A DNA stretch of 64,000 nucleotides. It comes from an uncultured Pseudomonadota bacterium (GTDB taxonomy: Bacteria > Pseudomonadota > Alphaproteobacteria > RF32 > CAG-239). The notes under the pieces are model-generated. The model was not told the origin of the DNA, ran no database searches, and worked only from the letters and a program-made list of their open reading frames with translations. A program made the translations under genes and the position numbers. Shown here one piece after another: positions 36,073 through 46,212 of the stretch (positions are counted from its first letter, which is position 1; each line of letters begins with the position of its first letter). The stretch is taken from the NCBI GenBank assembly GCA_902785935.1, contig CADAAN010000006.1, positions 4,309 to 68,308 of the forward strand, given 5' to 3'.

Positions 36073-36960
36073 ATGGATATCGTTCATCATATTTTGCACC
36101 ATGCCGTTCAAAACCGCCAAATTTCTCAAAAAGATGAGCTGGAAAGCTATTTTGAAAATATTTCTGCCGACGTTGAGGATTGGCCTTTTTTTGATGAAGA
36201 AAATCAAACAAATATCAATTATTTACAGGCCAAAGTCGGAACGGATCGATTTGGTTTTTCTTCAGAGCTTAACCTTGATGTGCAGGTCGATGGCAAAAAT
36301 GCGCAATACATCATATCTGAAAGAATTGCTTTAGACAGCAAAATTGAAGTAGAAATCGATTCCGTTTTCAAGAATAATCAAAAAGCTCAACTCAAAGATA
36401 ATTATGTTTATCAGCTTATTCAAAAGCATAAGCAATTTTTGAAGAATATTCTTGAAAAGAATAAAGATAGCATTACTGATGCTTTGATTAAGATTCATGC
36501 ACATTCCGGCGAAGTCAACGGCATTAAAACCCGCGGCGGATACGTTTGGGCAACTTATGGCTTTGATTTTCAAGATCCTTACCAGCTTTCTTTAGCAAAA
36601 AATGAATTTCAAAAATTTGCAAATGAGCATGGCGTTGAAATTGCGCCTAAAGATTTAAAATATTTTTGCCATCCCTGCCATTTTGCAGCGTTTCGAACCG
36701 CAAAGAAGGTCGGCGGAGAAGAGCTTGGTAAAGCATTTTTATTGCAACACGAATGGTTTGGAAAACTATCGGCTCCAAGCAAGAAGAAAAAAGATGAAAT
36801 GCGCGATTATGCACGCCTTTATCATACAAAAGGCAAAGAAGCCGCCGAAAAAGTACTTTCAAAATCTTTTTTGGCCGTACTCAACAAGTATAATCATCAA
36901 AAGTCTTCATTTGGCTTATTTCAAAAACTGTTTCAGGCAAAAAAAGCCATCAAGCGTTAA
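36073..36960 (+). CDS. Hypothetical protein
   Basis: 295-aa ORF tightly following 35539-36069; no motif recognised. Confidence 0.5.
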   Translation: MDIVHHILHHAVQNRQISQKDELESYFENISADVEDWPFFDEENQTNINYLQAKVGTDRFGFSSELNLDVQVDGKNAQYIISERIALDSKIEVEIDSVFKNNQKAQLKDNYVYQLIQKHKQFLKNILEKNKDSITDALIKIHAHSGEVNGIKTRGGYVWATYGFDFQDPYQLSLAKNEFQKFANEHGVEIAPKDLKYFCHPCHFAAFRTAKKVGGEELGKAFLLQHEWFGKLSAPSKKKKDEMRDYARLYHTKGKEAAEKVLSKSFLAVLNKYNHQKSSFGLFQKLFQAKKAIKR

Positions 36961-37012
36961 TAAAATCATAACAAATATTTGTTAAAATTGCGCCATGTTT
37001 TATGACAATTAA

Positions 37013-38119
<1,107 letters not shown>

Positions 38120-38122
38120 TCA

Positions 38123-39226
38123 ATGGCCGGATTTTTTAAAAAACATCTCAAAAATTCTTCGGCGATGAAAAAAAACGCTCCGGCGCCGCATTATGCCGCC
38201 ATCGATTTGGGAACAAACTCTTGTCGTTTGGTGATTGCAACCCCGACCCCGACGTCTTTTCATGTCGTTGAAACTTTTTCGAAAATTACACGCTTGGGTG
38301 AAGGAATTATTAAGGACAATCAACTTTCAAAAGCGGCCATGCGTCGCACGGTCAATACATTAAAAGTCTGTCACAGCGTCATGAGTGAATATGCCCCGAT
38401 TGAAAGCTCGCGTTTTGTTGCAACGGCAGCCTGCAGACGCGCCAAAAATATTGATGAATTTTTAAATATGGTACATAAAGAAGCCGGCATCAATCTGGAA
38501 ATTATTTCACCTAAAGAAGAATCGCGGCTGGCAGTTGTCGGTTGTGTGCCGCTTTTAAACAGGAACATTAAACGCGCATTGATTTTTGATATCGGCGGCG
38601 GTTCGACGGAAATTTCGCTTGCACGCATTACCGAAGACGGCAAAACCTTTATTGAAGGGTATGTGTCTTTGCCTTATGGTGTCGTAACAATTTCAGAAGC
38701 TTTTCCAAATCAGGAAATGACAAGCCTTGCCTATAATACGATTATTGAGCGTACGCAAAATATCTTATCTGAATTTGATGCCAAACACCATATTTTTGAT
38801 GCGATTGAAAATCAAGAAATTCAGGTCATCGGCACATCAGGGACAGTCACGGTTTTGGGTGCGGTGCATTTGGGACTTTCAAGATATAACCGTTCTGCGG
38901 TTGACGGCCTGTCAATTTCAAGGGTGGATATCGAAAATGTCATCAACAAAATCAAAAATATGGGAGATGCCGGCCGGCGCAAGCATCGGTGCATCGGCCC
39001 GTCAAAAGCTGATTTGACAATTTCGGGTTGTGCAATCATTGAAGCTTTGATGACAAGCTTTCCGATATCAGAAATTACGATTGCCGACAGAGGCATCCGT
39101 GAAGGTATTTTGCTTGATATGATTCATAACAAAAAACATCACCAAAAGCCGTTTAAGAAACACTTTAGAAAATATCCGTATTTTAAGAGAAAGAAAAATA
39201 ATGAAAAAAAATATAGCGAGCATTGA
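38123..39226 (+). CDS. Ppx/GppA-family phosphatase
   Basis: AAIDLGTNSCRLVIA and FDIGGGSTEISL motifs (ASKHA fold). Confidence 0.8.
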   Translation: MAGFFKKHLKNSSAMKKNAPAPHYAAIDLGTNSCRLVIATPTPTSFHVVETFSKITRLGEGIIKDNQLSKAAMRRTVNTLKVCHSVMSEYAPIESSRFVATAACRRAKNIDEFLNMVHKEAGINLEIISPKEESRLAVVGCVPLLNRNIKRALIFDIGGGSTEISLARITEDGKTFIEGYVSLPYGVVTISEAFPNQEMTSLAYNTIIERTQNILSEFDAKHHIFDAIENQEIQVIGTSGTVTVLGAVHLGLSRYNRSAVDGLSISRVDIENVINKIKNMGDAGRRKHRCIGPSKADLTISGCAIIEALMTSFPISEITIADRGIREGILLDMIHNKKHHQKPFKKHFRKYPYFKRKKNNEKKYSEH

Positions 39227-40130
39227 TTTAGGATCCAATTCTTGTCGTTTGCGCATTGCAAATGAAAAAGGTGAAGTGCTTTATATGGATTCAAAACCCA
39301 CAATGCTCGGTCAGGGACTTCACAAAACGGGAATACTGAGCGAAGAATCATTCATGCGCGGGCAGAAAGCTTTGAGCGAATTTGCCTGTTTGATGAAAAA
39401 ATATGATGTCAAATCATATCGCGCCATCACGACAGAAGCCTGCAGATCAGCTTTAAACGGCTCTGATTTTATCCGTATGATTGAAAAAGAAACGGGTATT
39501 GTGCTTGAAATAATTGATGCCAAAGAAGAGGCGCGTCTGAATTTAAAAGGAGCAAGCCTCAATGCCCCGAAAGACAAAGAATATATCGCCCTTTATGATT
39601 TGGGCGGTGCTTCGACGGAAATTTCCCTGAGTAAAAATGACGGCAAGTGTCAAATTTTGCACACCGTTTCTATCCCTTGGGGCGCACGCAACGCAGCAGA
39701 AGCATATTGCTTGCGTGAATTTTCGCAGAAACAAGCTCACCGTTTAAGCACGGACATCAAAAAATATGTCGATGATTTTATGAAAAAATGTGATTTTGAA
39801 AAATATCGCGATAAATGCTGTTTGCTTGCAACCTCAAGCACACCTCTTCGCCTTTGCGCCATGGTCAAAAACGACGGAGAATATTCAAGAGACAAAAATG
39901 ACGGTGCATGCGTTATGTGCTTTGATTTTGATAAAGCAATTGATGCGGTGTGCCACATGGATTTACATCAAAGACAGCAATCCGCCTATATCGGCGAGGA
40001 TCGAGCGCCGATTTTTATTGCCGCCGGAATTATTTTTCAGACAATATACAAACAGCTTGGTTTTAATCAGATGATTGTATCATTTAAAGGTGCTCAAGAT
40101 GCGATTATAGAGGAGTTATGCCATGGCTAA
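39201..40130 (+). CDS. Second Ppx/GppA-family phosphatase paralog
   Basis: ASIDLGSNSCRLRIA and YDLGGASTEISL motifs. Overlaps the previous gene by 26 nt. Confidence 0.75.
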   Translation: MKKNIASIDLGSNSCRLRIANEKGEVLYMDSKPTMLGQGLHKTGILSEESFMRGQKALSEFACLMKKYDVKSYRAITTEACRSALNGSDFIRMIEKETGIVLEIIDAKEEARLNLKGASLNAPKDKEYIALYDLGGASTEISLSKNDGKCQILHTVSIPWGARNAAEAYCLREFSQKQAHRLSTDIKKYVDDFMKKCDFEKYRDKCCLLATSSTPLRLCAMVKNDGEYSRDKNDGACVMCFDFDKAIDAVCHMDLHQRQQSAYIGEDRAPIFIAAGIIFQTIYKQLGFNQMIVSFKGAQDAIIEELCHG

Positions 40131-40812
40131 AATGACAAAGTCGGCAAAACTGATTCGCGGGCAAAAAACCCTGACGGTCAGAGTTAAAACGTCAAAATAT
40201 CGCAAAACATCATCAAACAGATGGCTTGAGCGGCAATTAAACGATCCTTATGTGCTTCAATCAAAACGCCTCGGTTATCGCTCAAGAGCGGCATTTAAGC
40301 TTATACAGCTTGATGAAAAATACCATTTTTTAGGCAAGGGCAAAACCATTGTCGATTTAGGGTGCGCCCCGGGCGGTTGGACGCAAATTGCGGTTGAAAA
40401 AAACAAGGGCACGGGGCAGGTTGTCGGTATTGATATCTTAGAAACACAGCCTGTTGAAGGGGCAACGCTGATTTGTCAGGATTTTACCTCTGCTGATGCA
40501 CCGGAAAAGCTCAAAGCACTTTTAAAAGGTCCTGCCGATATTGTGATGAGCGATATGGCTGCCAATACAACGGGACACCAACAAACCGACCACTTGCGCA
40601 CAATCGCACTTGTTGAGGCCGCATATGCTTTTGCCAAAGAAGTTTTGGCTCCAAACGGTATATTTATCGCCAAGGTCTTTCAGGGCGGCGCAGAAGGTGA
40701 ACTTTTGGCAGATATGAAAAAAAATTTTGCGAAAGTATCACATTTCAAACCTGATGCCAGCCGCCAAACGTCGCCCGAAATATATGTCGTCGCCCAGGGA
40801 TTTAGGAAATAA
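40123..40812 (+). CDS. rlmE: 23S rRNA (U2552-2'-O)-methyltransferase RlmE/FtsJ
   Basis: SRAAFKLIQLDEKY and DLGCAPGGWTQ motifs, with a C-terminal KPDASRQTSPEIYVVA. Confidence 0.9.
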   Translation: MAKMTKSAKLIRGQKTLTVRVKTSKYRKTSSNRWLERQLNDPYVLQSKRLGYRSRAAFKLIQLDEKYHFLGKGKTIVDLGCAPGGWTQIAVEKNKGTGQVVGIDILETQPVEGATLICQDFTSADAPEKLKALLKGPADIVMSDMAANTTGHQQTDHLRTIALVEAAYAFAKEVLAPNGIFIAKVFQGGAEGELLADMKKNFAKVSHFKPDASRQTSPEIYVVAQGFRK

Positions 40813-40815
40813 AAC

Positions 40816-41673
40816 TTAGCGATACCGAATCGAAAAAGTGTTTGTCTTGCCTGCAACTTGATTGGCCTCATCGATGGTGTAAATGCGCTTTGGTGCGTAA
40901 TGTTGATTGTAAATATCATTTGGGGAACTGTAAAACCTTCCGTTATAATAATAACCTGTTGAGTATTTTTGATAAAATTTAATTTTATCGCCAATTTCTT
41001 CATCGTCTAAAAGAGCCTGACAACTGGCATTTGTGTCTTCGCAATAAATAGCCAAAGATTCTGACAATGCTTTATTTATGGAATTAGTAAGCATTTTTTT
41101 TGTAATCATGGTCGAACCGGATATGGTTAAAGATTTCAATTCCGTGCCGCCTAATGTCCAATCTTCATCTTCAAGAATAACATCTTTGGGTAATACAATA
41201 TCTTCAACTTTTGTACGATTAAAATTAGCCCCTCCGATAAAAGTCAGACTATTTGGTAAATTAATTTTTTCAAGTGATTGAGTATCATTAAAAGCACCAC
41301 CCGAAATCTTTTGAAGTCCTTCGGGTAAAACAGCCTCTCGCAAATCAAACAAATATTCAAAAGCAGAAGAACCAATTGATTTAAATATTTTATCACTTGA
41401 TTCGTTTTCGATAACGACTTTATAAATTTGTGAAGAATAGGCTCCCCAATCGGCTGTATTATGGCACCATGGGTCACAGCTGTGACTATAATTTTTCATA
41501 TCACCATAACCTTTAATGGTTAATGTATTCGTGTTTTTATCAAGTGTTGCTGTACAACTATCATTTGAGGTTGCCGCACAGTCAAATGTACAAATATCAC
41601 TGTTATCACAAAGTGTATCAGCATATGTATTAAAAGCCGTAAATATACAAAAAATATAAATTACTTTTCTCAT
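40816..41673 (-). CDS. Secreted BspA-type LRR protein with conserved C-terminal tag
   Basis: I placed the true start at ATG 41673 (MRKVIYIFCIFTAFNTYA-DT, with GGAGAA 7 nt upstream). The 67-codon N-terminal extension in the track ORF runs through the conserved leader RNA. C-terminus KRIYTIDEANQVAGKTNTFSIRYR. Confidence 0.85.
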   Translation of the reverse strand: MRKVIYIFCIFTAFNTYADTLCDNSDICTFDCAATSNDSCTATLDKNTNTLTIKGYGDMKNYSHSCDPWCHNTADWGAYSSQIYKVVIENESSDKIFKSIGSSAFEYLFDLREAVLPEGLQKISGGAFNDTQSLEKINLPNSLTFIGGANFNRTKVEDIVLPKDVILEDEDWTLGGTELKSLTISGSTMITKKMLTNSINKALSESLAIYCEDTNASCQALLDDEEIGDKIKFYQKYSTGYYYNGRFYSSPNDIYNQHYAPKRIYTIDEANQVAGKTNTFSIRYR

Positions 41674-41694
41674 ATCTTTTCTCCAAAATTTATT

Positions 41695-41987
41695 AAACGA
41701 AAAAACCACTCTAAAATGAGCGGCGGGGAGTAAAAGAATCATGTAATGGAAAATGACTTCCGTAACCTTTAGGTCAAAACCTTGAACATACGCCACGGAC
41801 TCCCCAACCAAAATATCGGGGATAAGCATTGTTTTAAAATAAAAAAACAACACTAAAACAGCGTTATCTCTCACTGTCCATTACAAAAGCTCTTTTAAAG
41901 CCCCGCACCCTTTTCGGGTACTTGATAGAAAAAGCCAAAACCTTCCTATCTGATTTATATTATTACATATCAAAAACATCTTGTCAA
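41695..41987 (-). promoter_or_regulatory. Leader family B, copy B2: promoter + structured leader + terminator
   Basis: Minus strand: TTGACA (41987-41982), 17 nt, AATAAT (41964-41959). Conserved blocks as in B1 and B3. The terminator CCGCTC/GAGTGG plus T5 lies near 41697-41726. Confidence 0.7.
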
Positions 41988-42025
41988 GAAATTTTAAAAT
42001 ATTTTAATACGTGATTTGGCTGTGA

Positions 42026-42213
42026 ACGTAAATAAAAGCTTAGAATGAGCTAGATGCGACGGAAGCTCTTTTACGAAGTGTACAAAAGAGGTTGTATACG
42101 TAAATAAAAGCTTAGAATGAGTCAAGTACGACGTACGGCCGCTTGCGCAGTGTACAAAAAGGGTACATAAGCAAGCGGCCGCACAAGTAATTGGCCATTA
42201 TAAGCTTTTATTT
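42026..42213. repeat. Nested repeat element: 72-bp tandem duplication plus an inverted terminal copy overlapping the nusG stop
   Basis: ACGTAAATAAAAGCTTAGAATGAG occurs at 42026-42049 and 42098-42121. GTGTACAAAA lies 52 nt after each. The inverted copy TAAGCTTTTATTT is at 42201-42213. There is an internal GC-rich hairpin GGCCGCTTGC/GCAAGCGGCC (42137-42180). Confidence 0.6.
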
Positions 42214-42741
42214 TACTTTTTCTACTTGAGAAAATTCTAATTCCACCGGCGTGTAACGCCCGAAAATGGAAACTGAAACTTTAAGACGCGTCTTTTCTGT
42301 GTCTACTTCTTCGACAACACCGACGAAGGAGGCAAACGGACCATCTGTCACACGAACATTTTCACCGATTTCAAAGGTGGCCACAACTTCAGGACGCTCA
42401 ACACCTTCCTGCATTTGCTTTAAGATGTGATCAACCTCTTTATCGCTGATCGGCTGAGGTTTGTTGCGGCTACCCAAAAATCCGCTGACACGAGGCGTAT
42501 TTTTCACGACATGCCAAACATCATCGGACATTTCCATTTTCACTAAGATATAGCCGGGGAAAAACTTGCGCTCTGAAGCAACTTTTTTGCCTTTTTTGAC
42601 CTCAACGACATCTTCGGTCGGTACCAAGACGTCTAAAATGCGATCTTCCATCTTTTTAATGACAGCCTGTTCTTTTAAAGAATCGGCAACTTTTTTTTCA
42701 GAACCGGAATAAACATTTATCACATACCAACGAGCACTCAT
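42208..42741 (-). CDS. nusG: Transcription termination/antitermination factor NusG
   Basis: NGN domain (RWYVINVYSGSEKKV) and KOW domain (GENVRVTDGPFASFVGVVEEV). Follows secE. Confidence 0.95.
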   Translation of the reverse strand: MSARWYVINVYSGSEKKVADSLKEQAVIKKMEDRILDVLVPTEDVVEVKKGKKVASERKFFPGYILVKMEMSDDVWHVVKNTPRVSGFLGSRNKPQPISDKEVDHILKQMQEGVERPEVVATFEIGENVRVTDGPFASFVGVVEEVDTEKTRLKVSVSIFGRYTPVELEFSQVEKVK

Positions 42742-42743
42742 CG

Positions 42744-42938
42744 TTACACCCCTAAACCTAAAATAAGTTTAACAACCCAAGCCAAGACAACATCAACCGC
42801 AAAGAAAAAAATCGCCGCAAGCGTCACAATAAACAGAACAACAGTCGTGACCTGCGTAACCTCTTTCTTTGAAGGCCAAGTGATTTTTTTCACCTCTTGG
42901 CGAACTTGTCTGAAAAACTGTATCGGACTGACTTTCAA
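42744..42938 (-). CDS. secE: Preprotein translocase subunit SecE
   Basis: 64 aa with a single C-terminal TM helix. Shows the conserved tRNA-Trp-secE-nusG synteny. TTG start. Confidence 0.85.
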   Translation of the reverse strand: MKVSPIQFFRQVRQEVKKITWPSKKEVTQVTTVVLFIVTLAAIFFFAVDVVLAWVVKLILGLGV

Positions 42939-42981
42939 GTTATAATCCTTTTTGTTAAATCATGAAACACAATGGAAAAAG

Positions 42982-43057
42982 TGGCAGGGGCGGCAGGACT
43001 TGAACCCACGACACTCGGTTTTGGAGACCGATGTTCTACCAACTGAACTACGCCCCT
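42982..43057 (-). tRNA. tRNA-Trp (CCA)
   Basis: The 76-nt reverse complement folds as a cloverleaf: AGGGGCG acceptor stem, anticodon loop CTCCAAA, T loop TTCAAGT, encoded CCA. Confidence 0.9.
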
Positions 43058-43151
43058 AATAATTCTCCATCAAACAATTTTTCTTATTGATACACACATC
43101 TTCTTATAAAATCAAGCATTTTTTTTATCTGTGTGCACGTTTTTTATTTTT

Positions 43152-44969
43152 TTAACCTTCCACTTCGGGCTTAAAGCGTTTTCTTGCGAGCGGATCTAAT
43201 ATTTTTTTACGCAATCTCAGTGATTTAGGCGTCACTTCCAACAGCTCGTCCGACTGAATATAAGAAAGCGCTTGTTCTAAGCTGAGTTTTCTCGGAGGAA
43301 TAAGGTCAATCGCCTCATCTTTACCGGCGGCACGAATGTTTGTGAGCTGTTTTGTTTTGGTCGGGTTGACTTCAATATCGTTTGATTTTGTGTGTTCACC
43401 GATAATCATGCCGACATAAACGGGCGAGTTATGTTCAACAAACATCGGACCTCTGTCTTGCAATTTCCAAAGAGCATACGCAACAGCGGTTCCGTTTTCG
43501 GAAGAAATCAAAACACCTGTTCTGCGGCCTTCAATATCCCCCTTAAAGGGCTCATAAGCATAAAAAATTCTGTTCATCACACCCGTGCCGCGTGTGTCGG
43601 TTAAAAATTCGCTATGATAACCGATTAAACCGCGTGACGGCGCATGAAAGATTAAGCGCACTTTATTGCCGAGCTCGGAAGGAATCATATCCGTCATTTC
43701 AGCACGGCGAAGTCCCATTTTTTCAACCACCGTGCCTGAAAATTCTTCATCAACGTCAACAACAACTTCTTCCACAGGCTCCAAAAGATTGCCGTTTTCG
43801 TCTTTTTTGAACAAAACGCGCGGTCTTGAAATCGAAAGTTCAAACCCTTCGCGACGCATTGTTTCAATCAAAACACCAAGCTGGAGTTCTCCCCTGCCCG
43901 CAACTTCAAACGAATCGGTTTTATCCGTCTTTGAAATTTTAAGGGCAATATTGCTTTCCGCCTCTTTCTCTAACCTGTCCCAAATCATACGCGATGTGAC
44001 TTTGTCACCCTCACGACCGGCAAGCGGCGAATCGTTGACGCTAAAGGTCATTGCAAGCGTTGGCGGATCAATCGGCTGAGCTTTTATCGGCATATCCACC
44101 TCATAAGCGCAAATCGTATCAGCCACCGTGCCTTTGACAACACCTGCCACAGCCACAATATCGCCGGCATGTGCCTCATTAAGCGCCACACGCTCAAGCC
44201 CTTTATAAGCCAAAATCTTAGAAATACGTGTCTTTTCGACCTCACCGTCTTTGTTGATGACTTTGACGGCATCATTTAATTTTAACGTACCGGACCAAAT
44301 TTTACCCGTTAAGATACGCCCTAAAAACTTATCACCTTCCAATGTGGTCACAAGCATCGAAAACGGCTTGTCTTTTTCACATTTCGGTTCGCTGACATAT
44401 GATAAAATCAGTTCAAAAAGAGGCGTCAAATCCTTTCTTTCATCATTTAAGTCTTTAACGGCCCAACCATTGCGCCCTGAAGCATAAAGCACCGGAAAAT
44501 CAAGCTGCTCATCAGTGGCATTTAAGCTGACAAAAAGGTCAAAAACCTCATTTAAAACTTCATCGGGACGTGCGTCTGCTTTGTCCGCCTTATTGATGAC
44601 AACAATCGGTTTTAAGCCGATTTTCAAGGCTTTGCCCAACACAAATTTTGTCTGCGGCATCGGCCCTTCGGACGAATCCACAAGCAAAACAACACCGTCA
44701 ACCATGGATAAAATGCGTTCGACCTCACCGCCGAAATCCGCGTGACCCGGGGTGTCAACGATATTGATATGATTGCCGTTCCATTCAACCGATGTACATT
44801 TTGATAAAATCGTAATACCGCGTTCACGTTCCAAATCATTGCTGTCAAGCACACAATCAACAACTTTTTGATTGTCGCGAAATGTGCCGCTTTGTTTGAG
44901 TAAACCATCGACAAGCGTCGTTTTGCCGTGGTCAACGTGGGCGATAATTGCAATATTTCTCATAGACAT
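43152..44969 (-). CDS. typA: Translational GTPase TypA/BipA
   Basis: AIIAHVDHGKTTLVD and DTPGHADFGGEVER motifs, about 605 aa. I took the start at ATG 44969 (AAGGA upstream) rather than the track start at 45026. Confidence 0.9.
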   Translation of the reverse strand: MSMRNIAIIAHVDHGKTTLVDGLLKQSGTFRDNQKVVDCVLDSNDLERERGITILSKCTSVEWNGNHINIVDTPGHADFGGEVERILSMVDGVVLLVDSSEGPMPQTKFVLGKALKIGLKPIVVINKADKADARPDEVLNEVFDLFVSLNATDEQLDFPVLYASGRNGWAVKDLNDERKDLTPLFELILSYVSEPKCEKDKPFSMLVTTLEGDKFLGRILTGKIWSGTLKLNDAVKVINKDGEVEKTRISKILAYKGLERVALNEAHAGDIVAVAGVVKGTVADTICAYEVDMPIKAQPIDPPTLAMTFSVNDSPLAGREGDKVTSRMIWDRLEKEAESNIALKISKTDKTDSFEVAGRGELQLGVLIETMRREGFELSISRPRVLFKKDENGNLLEPVEEVVVDVDEEFSGTVVEKMGLRRAEMTDMIPSELGNKVRLIFHAPSRGLIGYHSEFLTDTRGTGVMNRIFYAYEPFKGDIEGRRTGVLISSENGTAVAYALWKLQDRGPMFVEHNSPVYVGMIIGEHTKSNDIEVNPTKTKQLTNIRAAGKDEAIDLIPPRKLSLEQALSYIQSDELLEVTPKSLRLRKKILDPLARKRFKPEVEG

Positions 44970-45039
44970 CGTTTTATCCTTTTTAAAAATTTCGACGTAC
45001 AATACCGCATTTTTTTTTAAATTCAAGTTTTTTTTACAA

Positions 45040-45072
45040 AAAAAAGAGGCTTTTTGTGATAAAAGCCTCTTC
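45040..45072. terminator. Bidirectional terminator between the LRR gene 3' end and the typA upstream region
   Basis: AAAAGAGGCTTTT-tgtgat-AAAAGCCTCTT. Confidence 0.6.
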
Positions 45073-45086
45073 TGTCCGAAATATCT

Positions 45087-45986
45087 TTATCGATACCTTA
45101 TTTTGAAAGAATTAACCTTGCCCGCGACGGCATTCGCCTCGTCGATGGTATAAATGCGGATATCGGCACGAGCAGGAACAGATGGCAAGACAGATGGAGA
45201 AACAGTTCCTGATGCTGAAGCAATTTTTGCTCTGCAAGAAGTCTCCGTTTCGCAACCCTCTTCCGTTCCTCCCAACATCATTTTTGCTGCTGAAGAGTAA
45301 TAATTATCACCAACTTTATATACCCCATCTTCTTTAGTATATTGTTCAATTTTTGACGTCCCATGGCCTTTACAAATATTAACATCTTCGCAAAAAAGTT
45401 TTGTGTTGCTGGCAAACGGAAAGTTAACAATTGTTGTTCCTCTGCTAATAATGACATTGTTCAAGGATTCATTTTGAAAGCTACTTCCAAAAGCATCCTG
45501 ATTAATTTTCGTTACACCGCTTAAATCAATATCATGCAGGTTGGTTGTATATGTAAAAGCGCCACTTCCAATTTCTTTAACTCCTGTAAAATCCACACTC
45601 GACAAAGCAGATCGCGAAAAAGCGGTTCCGCCGATTGATGTAACACCGCTTGCAAAAGCAAGTGAGGTTACACCTTGAGGAAGCATTGATGTCCCATAAG
45701 TGTCATCTGCAAAAGCTGATCTCGGTACTTTGTATGTGAGATTGCCGTTTGAATCTGTTGAAGTAATTGATGACCCCTGAATGGTCATTTTTCCGTTATC
45801 AATAGTGTAGTATGTGAGCATATGAGAGGCATAGCTACTGGCTTGCGACAAACATCCTTCGCCATAAGTTGAAACACAAGCCTGACAAAATGTGTTCCCT
45901 TCAGGGCACTCAATTAAAGCAATGGAAATTTTTGAAAATGAAACTGTTGCTACTAATGCCGAGGTTAAAAAAATATTTCTAGTCAT
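45087..45986 (-). CDS. Secreted BspA-type LRR protein with conserved C-terminal tag
   Basis: N-terminal signal-like segment, Cys-rich region, LRR_5 repeats (VTSLAFASGVTSIGGTAFSRS...). C-terminus IRIYTIDEANAVAGKVNSFKIRYR. Confidence 0.85.
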   Translation of the reverse strand: MTRNIFLTSALVATVSFSKISIALIECPEGNTFCQACVSTYGEGCLSQASSYASHMLTYYTIDNGKMTIQGSSITSTDSNGNLTYKVPRSAFADDTYGTSMLPQGVTSLAFASGVTSIGGTAFSRSALSSVDFTGVKEIGSGAFTYTTNLHDIDLSGVTKINQDAFGSSFQNESLNNVIISRGTTIVNFPFASNTKLFCEDVNICKGHGTSKIEQYTKEDGVYKVGDNYYSSAAKMMLGGTEEGCETETSCRAKIASASGTVSPSVLPSVPARADIRIYTIDEANAVAGKVNSFKIRYR

Positions 45987-46020
45987 AACTTTTCTCCTAT
46001 TTTTCTTATTTACACTGTTG

Positions 46021-46212
46021 AAAAAATCACTTCAGAAGATATCCGAAGTGGGAGCTAGAAAACTGTATACATTCAGTCAGACTTATTCGACATTTCAAAA
46101 CGCTTATATCATCTACTCCCGGTAAAAGGAGCGATATGTATAAGGTGTTTTCTAGACACCGCAACCATTTTGGTTACTTTTTTATTTTCACATAAAAAAC
46201 GTAGCTTGTCAA
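46021..46212 (-). promoter_or_regulatory. Leader family A, copy A3: promoter + structured leader + terminator
   Basis: Minus strand: TTGACA (46212-46207), 17 nt, GAAAAT (46189-46184). GTAACCAAAATGGTTGCGGTG starts at 46177. The terminator CACTTCGGA/TTCTGAAGTG plus T6 ends at 46021. Confidence 0.7.

Noticed and set aside
36970-36983. Perfect AT-only palindrome AACAAATATTTGTT upstream of ccrM (possible operator or CtrA-type site)
   Set aside because: It does not fit the TTAA-N7-TTAA CtrA box, and an AT-rich palindrome of this size is not unusual in a low-GC intergenic region.
41674-41874. N-terminal 67-codon extension of the LRR ORF 40816-41874
   Set aside because: It overlaps the conserved family B leader RNA, including its terminator. 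An internal ATG at 41673 has a GGAGAA RBS and yields a canonical signal peptide like the four paralogs.
42026-42121. Direct repeats considered as a possible CRISPR array
   Set aside because: There are only two copies, the period is 72 bp with a homologous 'spacer' content (a tandem duplication), and there are no cas genes. I saw no CRISPR-like array anywhere in the window.
43666-44079. 137-aa plus-strand ORF and several others antisense to typA, and likewise inside ileS, aas, pgk and the amidase gene
   Set aside because: They are all embedded antisense or out of frame within strongly supported conserved genes, with Ser/Pro/Arg-rich compositions and no independent signals.
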